This document shows, one piece after another, positions 26,268 to 31,215 of a stretch of 36,440 nt of DNA. The translations under genes were made by a program, and so were the position numbers. Positions within the stretch are counted from its first letter, which is position 1, and every line of letters starts with the position of its first letter. The notes beneath the pieces are model-generated. The model did not search any database. It saw only the letters and a list, made by a program, of their open reading frames with translations, and was not told the origin of the DNA. Origin of the DNA: a virus; IMG/VR virus record IMGVR_UViG_3300026522_000014, positions 1-36,440 of that record; one strand, given 5' to 3'.

Positions 26268-26516
26268 TCACCAATTCCTCGCGTATGCCTCCATGTCCTC
26301 CGCGCTGAATCTGATGGCGATAATGCGCGGGTCGAAATACTCGCCGCCGAGGTCGAGGGAGAGTGTGTAAGACTTGTAGATGGCTTTGCCGTCTTCGTCC
26401 ACCGCTTGGTCTCGGTCAATCGGTTCATCGAAGCCTTCTCCGTGCCCGACGAGCATGGCTTCCGTGGTGTTCCACAGTGCGTCGATGTTTTGCATGAGGT
26501 TGGTGTCGGTGTTCAT
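26268..26516 (-). CDS. small strongly acidic hypothetical protein
   Basis: An 82-aa protein with about 17 D/E against 6 K/R by hand count. The RBS is cgaaaggaaacacc. Confidence 0.7.
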   Translation of the reverse strand: MNTDTNLMQNIDALWNTTEAMLVGHGEGFDEPIDRDQAVDEDGKAIYKSYTLSLDLGGEYFDPRIIAIRFSAEDMEAYARNW

Positions 26517-26533
26517 GGTGTTTCCTTTCGGTT

Positions 26534-26560
26534 GGCGGGTTGTGCGGTTGCCGCCGCCGC
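26534..26560. repeat. 27-nt GC-rich intercistronic element, copy 1
   Basis: ggcgggttgtgcggttgccgccgccgc is identical to 29412-29438. It lies between a stop codon and the next RBS. Confidence 0.85.
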
Positions 26561-26569
26561 AGTATGTCG

Positions 26570-26839
26570 CTAAGCGTTGACGATGGCGTTGATTTCGTCT
26601 ACGAAGTCCGCGGCTTCGAGCATGCAGGACGCCATTTCGCGAATCTCGCCCGGGTTGTCGGTGTTGAGTGAAGCATCGATGCTGAAGCGCTTCTTACCGC
26701 CCGTCAGCGAATAAGTGTTCACTCGGACGCCGATGCGCTGGTAGGAGGTTTGCGTAACGAAGTAGCTGCTCTTGTCATCGATGTTTTCTACCATGAGCTT
26801 GAAGTTGCCGTTCTTGCTGGTCTTGATTTCGGTGGTCAT
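26570..26839 (-). CDS. hypothetical protein (MTTEI N-terminus)
   Basis: I trimmed the start to the ATG at 26839, which has RBS cgaaaggaaacatc. Its first 17 coding nt are identical to those of 24828-25028. Confidence 0.7.
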   Translation of the reverse strand: MTTEIKTSKNGNFKLMVENIDDKSSYFVTQTSYQRIGVRVNTYSLTGGKKRFSIDASLNTDNPGEIREMASCMLEAADFVDEINAIVNA

Positions 26840-26890
26840 GATGTTTCCTTTCGGTCGGTGGCTTGGGCTGTTCCCTTGCCGGTAACTATT

Positions 26891-26923
26891 ACTATACACC
26901 TATTAAAAAACGACACGCCGATA
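26891..26923 (-). promoter_or_regulatory. bipartite promoter-like cassette, copy C
   Basis: The - strand reads ATCGGCGTGTCG-tttttta-ATAGGTGTATAGT, 52 nt upstream of the ATG at 26839. Confidence 0.55.
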
Positions 26924-26955
26924 AAAGAAAAGTGCCGCAACCGAAGCCACGGCAC
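26923..26955 (-). terminator. rho-independent terminator specific to the - strand
   Basis: The - strand RNA gugccguggc-uucg-guugcggcac has a 10-bp stem with 3 G-U pairs and a UUCG loop, followed by uuuucuuuu. It lies 5 nt after the stop at 26960. Confidence 0.7.
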
Positions 26956-26959
26956 TCTC

Positions 26960-27316
26960 TCAGAATATCGCTCGCGCCAACTCATGCCCCGCTTGCGTCA
27001 ACCGATACACACGGCACCGCCTCCCGTAAGCCGTCCTGCCATAAACCGGCGTACCATCGTCATACGTCACAAGCCCCACAAGCCCCTCGCGCATAAGCTC
27101 GGCACGACGGCTCCGAAGCGACTGCGCCGTACCATGCGGCATATGCTCGTCATCGAAAGTCGGATGCTCAAGCTCCGCAAGAATCTCGTCATCAGTTGCT
27201 TCACCCTCCATATAAAGCGTGAAGAGTACGGCTCGCCGGTCTCGCGACACATTGACGGTTTCCGCAGCCTCTTGGCTCGTCTCCGGGTCATTCCTCCGTG
27301 CCTTCGCTTCACTCAT
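26960..27316 (-). CDS. winged-helix DNA-binding protein
   Basis: I trimmed the start to the ATG at 27316 (MSEAKARRNDPETSQEAAETVNVSRDRRAVLFTLYMEGEATDDEI...RSRRAELMREGLV...VYRLT), which fits a wHTH pattern. Confidence 0.6.
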   Translation of the reverse strand: MSEAKARRNDPETSQEAAETVNVSRDRRAVLFTLYMEGEATDDEILAELEHPTFDDEHMPHGTAQSLRSRRAELMREGLVGLVTYDDGTPVYGRTAYGRRCRVYRLTQAGHELARAIF

Positions 27317-27869
27317 TCTCAGCCGCCTTACTTTCCATCGCCTTCCGTCGCCTGCGTTCACGTTGCTTGCGGTTATGTTCCTCGCGCTGCTCCGGAGTCC
27401 ACGCCGCCATAACCTTGCGCTTGTACTCACGCGTCCGCTTGCGCTTGGCTTCAAGCTTTGCCTTCTTAGCCTTGCGCTTTTGATACCGTTCCCTCTGCTT
27501 CCGCCGATACTCCTCACGCTGCTCGTCGGTCATCGCGTGATAGCGTTCACGTTGCTTGGCAAGCGTCCTTTCCTTCCACTCCGGGTTGCTGTGGTATCGT
27601 GCTCGTGCAGCTTCATTTTTTCGTTCCCGCACTTCCGGCCGCTGGTAATACTCGTGTTGCCATGCCGCGAATTGCTCAGCGTGCTCTTCCCGCCAGCGCC
27701 GGTTGCGTTCGCTCCTCTCCTTGACATGTTGCCGTTGGTATTGGGACTCACGGATTTTGCGCTTGACTTCCGCGCTAGGCTCAGCATTCCGCATCTCCTC
27801 GATGAGCGCCATCGTCTCTGCATCGTCAAGGTCAATGCTCATGGATTCCACGTCATTGCTCTCACACAT
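27309..27869 (-). CDS. highly charged Arg/Glu/Lys repeat protein
   Basis: I trimmed the start to the ATG at 27869 (TGATG overlap). Repeated units are NRRWREEH, YYQRPEVRER, RYHSNPEWKER, and EQREEYRRKQRERY / EQREEHNRKQRER. Confidence 0.65.
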   Translation of the reverse strand: MCESNDVESMSIDLDDAETMALIEEMRNAEPSAEVKRKIRESQYQRQHVKERSERNRRWREEHAEQFAAWQHEYYQRPEVRERKNEAARARYHSNPEWKERTLAKQRERYHAMTDEQREEYRRKQRERYQKRKAKKAKLEAKRKRTREYKRKVMAAWTPEQREEHNRKQRERRRRKAMESKAAENE

Positions 27870-28051
27870 CAGGCTTTCTTCCTCTCCGCGCAACTGGGGC
27901 AAATTGTCTTAAGCAGTTTCCCGTCGTAAGCGACTTTCCACCCCGCCTGTTTGAGTGCGGCTAGTGCAAACTCGATGGATGCAGTATCGACTCGCTTCAT
28001 TCGGAGGCAGTCGTCGCATGATACTCGGTAGATGGCTTTAGCTTCAATCAT
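27869..28051 (-). CDS. Cys-rich small protein, distant member of the tandem family
   Basis: Translation is MIEAKAIYRVSCDDC...ALAALKQAGWKVAYDGKLLKTICPSC. It shares an ATGA overlap with the upstream gene. Confidence 0.65.
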   Translation of the reverse strand: MIEAKAIYRVSCDDCLRMKRVDTASIEFALAALKQAGWKVAYDGKLLKTICPSCAERKKA

Positions 28052-28263
28052 TTTACTTGCCCTCCCTGCTTGTGTTCTGGGCAATACATATGCTCGATTC
28101 CGTTTTCTTCGCGCCGCTCCCAACCGGCTTCCAGTGCCGCGTCGATTGCTAGTGTCGCCCTCGCCCAGCCTAAGCAGAGACTGCAATCCCAGCTTGCCAG
28201 CCGGTCGCAACCGTATCTGTCGCATTCCACGTCATACCAGCGGCTGATATTCGTCTCAATCAT
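28048..28263 (-). CDS. Cys-rich small protein, tandem paralogue 2
   Basis: Translation is MIETNISRWYDVECDRYGCDRLASWDCSLCLGWARATLAIDAALEAGWERREENGIEHMYCPEH. It has ATGA overlaps on both sides. Confidence 0.7.
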   Translation of the reverse strand: MIETNISRWYDVECDRYGCDRLASWDCSLCLGWARATLAIDAALEAGWERREENGIEHMYCPEHKQGGQVK

Positions 28264-28469
28264 TTCGTGTCCTTCCTGCACCAGTGGCAATACATGTGTT
28301 CGAGGCCGTCCTCTTCGCGTGGCTCCCAACCGGCTTCCAGTGCCGCATTGACCGCTTGTGTCGGCGTTGCCCAGCCTAGGCAATGCCCATAGTCCGTGCT
28401 TGCCAGCCGCTCGCATTCTCTGCCGTCGCACTCCACGTCATACCAGCGGCTAGTATTTACCTTAATCAT
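28260..28469 (-). CDS. Cys-rich small protein, tandem paralogue 3
   Basis: Translation is MIKVNTSRWYDVECDGRECERLASTDYGHCLGWATPTQAVNAALEAGWEPREEDGLEHMYCHWC. It is about 60 percent identical by eye to 28048-28263. Confidence 0.7.
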   Translation of the reverse strand: MIKVNTSRWYDVECDGRECERLASTDYGHCLGWATPTQAVNAALEAGWEPREEDGLEHMYCHWCRKDTK

Positions 28470-28707
28470 TGGTGTTTCCTTCCTCGTTTGCGGTGACTTC
28501 GACAATATAGACGCGATAATGCCCCACCGGGATATCCTCGTCCATGTCGATATATAGGCGTGGGGTTTTGCGTATCTCGTCTTTCTCGTCATCGTAGAAT
28601 GACGCTCCAACAATCTCGCCTGAATAAATGCGGCACACCTTCTTGCCGATGGATTGTATATATTCGCTGAGATTGCCCAGCCATTGCCACGCACTAGTCT
28701 TAATCAT
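28462..28707 (-). CDS. hypothetical protein
   Basis: An 81-aa ORF. Both its start and its end carry the repeated junction aaggaaacaccaATGATTAAg. Confidence 0.65.
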   Translation of the reverse strand: MIKTSAWQWLGNLSEYIQSIGKKVCRIYSGEIVGASFYDDEKDEIRKTPRLYIDMDEDIPVGHYRVYIVEVTANEEGNTND

Positions 28708-28873
28708 TGGTGTTTCCTTTCGCTACAACGATTGATTCGAGTACTTTTGTGAGTGTTTCGATGGTGTCGGCGCAAGCGTCCAGCAGGTCGTCCACTTCAT
28801 CGGTATCGTAGCCTTCGCGGAATCGGTGGACGGTGAGTTTTGCGGCTCTCACTTCTTTTGGTGTGAGCATCAT
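28700..28873 (-). CDS. 57-aa DivIVA-domain-like protein, not in the ORF track
   Basis: The ATG at 28873 has RBS agaggaaccacc. Translation is MMLTPKEVRAAKLTVHRFREGYDTDEVDDLLDACADTIETLTKVLESIVVAKGNTND. LTPxEV...F...GYDxxEVDxxLD is the DivIVA N-terminal signature. Confidence 0.6.
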   Translation of the reverse strand: MMLTPKEVRAAKLTVHRFREGYDTDEVDDLLDACADTIETLTKVLESIVVAKGNTND

Positions 28874-28886
28874 GGTGGTTCCTCTC

Positions 28887-29123
28887 TTAGAATTCCTGTT
28901 GGATTGGTGTCAGCTCGTATGCCCTATGCGTGGTGTCATCTTCGATGATTTCGCCAAGCTGTAGGTCATATGCGGCAAGTCGTGCGTTAGCGTCCTTTTC
29001 CCATTCCGCTTCATTGTTGCCGTCGATACGTGGGACGATATCCCATGCGCCATTCGGATAATAGAGGTCAAGCGAGCCGAGTGGCTTGTCGGTTACGCCT
29101 ATAACGGGATTGTTCGCAGTCAT
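28887..29123 (-). CDS. hypothetical protein
   Basis: A 78-aa ORF with RBS ccggaaaggaacacgca. Confidence 0.65.
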   Translation of the reverse strand: MTANNPVIGVTDKPLGSLDLYYPNGAWDIVPRIDGNNEAEWEKDANARLAAYDLQLGEIIEDDTTHRAYELTPIQQEF

Positions 29124-29151
29124 TGCGTGTTCCTTTCCGGTTGATACATGG

Positions 29152-29388
29152 CTAGTTTTCCCACATGGCGTGTTGTTTTTCGGTTAGAGGGATATGCATT
29201 ATTTCGCGGTATCCTATCTCTTGGTTCACTTCATCGTAAAGCTTCCAATGCTTATACGGCAATGAGTATTGATTATGTAACAAGTGTTTGCGAAAATACC
29301 CGAACGTCACACGGTTAGTGTGTGTTTCGTCCCAATATTCCATTTTGCTTAGTTTCCTAAGTTTTGCCGATAGAGTCTTGTTATCCAT
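29152..29388 (-). CDS. hypothetical protein
   Basis: I trimmed the start to the ATG at 29388 (MDNKTLSAKLRKLSKMEYWDETHTNRV...). The upstream part of the track ORF runs through the 27-nt repeat. Confidence 0.6.
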   Translation of the reverse strand: MDNKTLSAKLRKLSKMEYWDETHTNRVTFGYFRKHLLHNQYSLPYKHWKLYDEVNQEIGYREIMHIPLTEKQHAMWEN

Positions 29389-29411
29389 GCCCACGCCTTT
29401 CGAGTTGAATC

Positions 29412-29438
29412 GGCGGGTTGTGCGGTTGCCGCCGCCGC
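29412..29438. repeat. 27-nt GC-rich intercistronic element, copy 2
   Basis: Identical to 26534-26560. Confidence 0.85.
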
Positions 29439-29444
29439 TAAGAT

Positions 29445-29774
29445 TCAGAGGGATTCCAGCTCGTAGTAGCCGCTGTAATAGCCGTGGTCGTTTGGCTCGT
29501 CGTGGAATGCGCCGAGCTTCACGCCGAGGTATTCGAGTTGCTTGTTGGCTTCCGCTTCCCAAGTCTTCTCGTCCTCGCCGTAGATGTCATCGAAGCAGTC
29601 AATCCACTCGCCGCCTTCGATTTCCATTGCTTCAGCTTCAGTCATGAAGCCTTCTTCATAGCCGATGTCGAGGTAGCCGCACTTTTCTCCGTTCTTGTTT
29701 TGGAAGGTGATGCGGCTTGCGTCGCCGTATTCGTTGAACTTGACTTCGATGTCCTTGATGTCGATGGTCTTCAT
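29445..29774 (-). CDS. strongly acidic hypothetical protein
   Basis: A 109-aa protein with about 28 D/E against 9 K/R by hand count. The RBS is cgaaaggacaaacc. Confidence 0.7.
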   Translation of the reverse strand: MKTIDIKDIEVKFNEYGDASRITFQNKNGEKCGYLDIGYEEGFMTEAEAMEIEGGEWIDCFDDIYGEDEKTWEAEANKQLEYLGVKLGAFHDEPNDHGYYSGYYELESL

Positions 29775-29828
29775 TTTGGTTTGTCCTTTCGGTTGGTGCT
29801 TGGGCGTTTCCCTTGCTGCTGTCTTTTA

Positions 29829-29863
29829 ACTATACACCTATCTAGAAACGACACGCCGATAGG
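29829..29863 (-). promoter_or_regulatory. bipartite promoter-like cassette, copy B
   Basis: The - strand reads CCTATCGGCGTGTCG-tttctag-ATAGGTGTATAGT. All 35 nt are identical to copy A. Confidence 0.55.
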
Positions 29864-29871
29864 CGGGCGGC

Positions 29872-30153
29872 TCACAACTGGTCGAGTTCGTTAAAAAACT
29901 GGTCGATGGCATAATCCGCGGAATCCTCGTAACTATAAGGCTCATGCTCCGCGTTCTTATCCCGCTCCTCCTGCTCTACCAATCTGTCTATCCGGTCTTG
30001 TTCACTGCGGTGCTGCCAAGAGAGAGGCGCGTTGCCTCGCGCCCGATTCTCACACACTGTGTATTCGTGCCCGCGATACTCGTAGTCGAGATAGACCATG
30101 TGCGCGTCGTATCCGCTCCCGTAGTATTTCCTAACGAATGTTGCCTTCTTCAT
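29872..30153 (-). CDS. hypothetical protein
   Basis: A 93-aa ORF with RBS cgaaagggg. I recognise no family. Confidence 0.7.
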   Translation of the reverse strand: MKKATFVRKYYGSGYDAHMVYLDYEYRGHEYTVCENRARGNAPLSWQHRSEQDRIDRLVEQEERDKNAEHEPYSYEDSADYAIDQFFNELDQL

Positions 30154-30193
30154 GGCATGCCCCTTTCGGTTGGTTCCTTACTTGATATCTATT

Positions 30194-30228
30194 ACTATAC
30201 ACCTATCTAGAAACGACACGCCGATAGG
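30194..30228 (-). promoter_or_regulatory. bipartite promoter-like cassette, copy A
   Basis: The - strand reads CCTATCGGCGTGTCG-tttctag-ATAGGTGTATAGT, 41 nt upstream of the ATG at 30153. Confidence 0.55.
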
Positions 30229-30230
30229 CG

Positions 30231-30262
30231 GAAGAAAAGCGGCATAGCCGAAGCCATGCCGC
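30231..30262 (-). terminator. rho-independent terminator with a UUCG tetraloop
   Basis: The - strand RNA gcggcauggc-uucg-gcuaugccgc is followed by uuuucuuc. It starts 8 nt after the stop at 30271. Confidence 0.75.
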
Positions 30263-30270
30263 CTATACAC

Positions 30271-30600
30271 TCAGCGAGCGAACCTGTCAATCAGCACTCG
30301 CGCGATATCGAGCACATGCTCTGCGCACTCATCCGGCGTATCACACCCAGCGACGCGAAGCTGGTCAACAAGGTCTCCCTCGCCGAAATCGTCAGGCATG
30401 CGACGATAGCAAGCCTTGCACACATTGGCGAAAGTGTCCTTGCTGTCGCCTGTCAGCTTGCAAGCTGCGCCACAGCATGGCGTGAGCACATAGAGCATGC
30501 AGAATCCAAGGCTATCGGTGCTCAGTCCGACATCATGCCCACACTTGGTGCAGATGCGGTAGAAGCCGTCGCGGGTAATGGAAGAATCGGCAACGAACAT
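30271..30600 (-). CDS. Cys-rich (zinc-binding-like) hypothetical protein
   Basis: A 109-aa protein with the motifs CTKCGH, CCGAAC and CKAC. The RBS is ctaggaggtcact. Confidence 0.7.
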   Translation of the reverse strand: MFVADSSITRDGFYRICTKCGHDVGLSTDSLGFCMLYVLTPCCGAACKLTGDSKDTFANVCKACYRRMPDDFGEGDLVDQLRVAGCDTPDECAEHVLDIARVLIDRFAR

Positions 30601-30674
30601 AGTGACCTCCTAGCCACTCAGTGGCTCCCCCCTGTGGGGAACCGATGGACTGTGTTCGTTTGCTGATACCTATA

Positions 30675-30707
30675 ACTATACACCTATCTGAAAACGACAC
30701 GCCGAAG
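30675..30707 (-). promoter_or_regulatory. bipartite promoter-like cassette, copy E
   Basis: The - strand reads CTTCGGCGTGTCG-ttttcag-ATAGGTGTATAGT. It lies 75 nt upstream of the ATG at 30600, and the leader contains two small hairpins abutting the SD. Confidence 0.55.
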
Positions 30708-30743
30708 AAAAGAAAAGGCGGCACGCCTATAGGTCGTGTCGCC
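30704..30743 (-). terminator. rho-independent terminator directly upstream of cassette E
   Basis: The - strand hairpin ggcgacacg-accuauagg-cgugccgcc has one mismatch and is followed by uuuucuuuucuu. Confidence 0.6.
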
Positions 30744-30748
30744 AACAT

Positions 30749-30785
30749 GCCATCTCACATAGCTCAATGAGCCATCTCACATAGC
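30749..30785. repeat. 15-bp perfect direct repeat x2 (gccatctcacatagc) with 7-bp spacing
   Basis: 30749-30763 and 30771-30785 are identical. They lie in an apparently non-coding 170-nt segment. Confidence 0.85.
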
Positions 30786-30912
30786 ATCCGCCAAGAAACC
30801 GGTTCTCTCTCGACTTACACCACATCGCCAGTGCCCCAAGCACGGTTGGTGCCCTACCGCCAGCGTGACTGGTTCGCATATCGTAGAGGCGTTCACGCTG
30901 TGTCAACACTCA

Positions 30913-31215
30913 TTATACACGCTCCAGCCACCTGCGGAGAATCTTAGCCGGTGACGTGCGCTCATAATGGAGCCGCCGCGCTATCGTCTCCCAGCTCTTG
31001 CCCTCCAAGAAGCGCATGATGCAGATTAGCCGCACTTTATCGTCAGGGATTGAGATAATCCACGCCATCAAGTCGAACCGCTGCCGCTCCACACTCTCCA
31101 GATGCTCAATCAGTAATCGGCGGCATGATGGCTCAAGCTCCGCACTAATCAGCGAGCGCATACTCTCACTCTCTGCTTTCAAGTGTCGAGCCTGAGCCAA
31201 GTCACGCTCCGTCAT
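30913..31215 (-). CDS. sigma-70 region-4-like HTH protein, a putative phage transcription regulator
   Basis: The C-terminus IPDDKVRLICIMRFLEGKSWETIARRLHYERTSPAKILRRWLERV follows the sigma region-4 pattern. It shares an ATGA overlap with the DnaC-like gene. Confidence 0.6.
   Translation of the reverse strand: MTERDLAQARHLKAESESMRSLISAELEPSCRRLLIEHLESVERQRFDLMAWIISIPDDKVRLICIMRFLEGKSWETIARRLHYERTSPAKILRRWLERV

Noticed and set aside
30727-30909. A 60-aa - strand ORF in the gap after the sigma-like gene.
   Set aside because: It has a TTG start immediately after the previous stop and no RBS. It runs through the 15-bp direct repeats and into the terminator stem. I treat the region as non-coding and structured.
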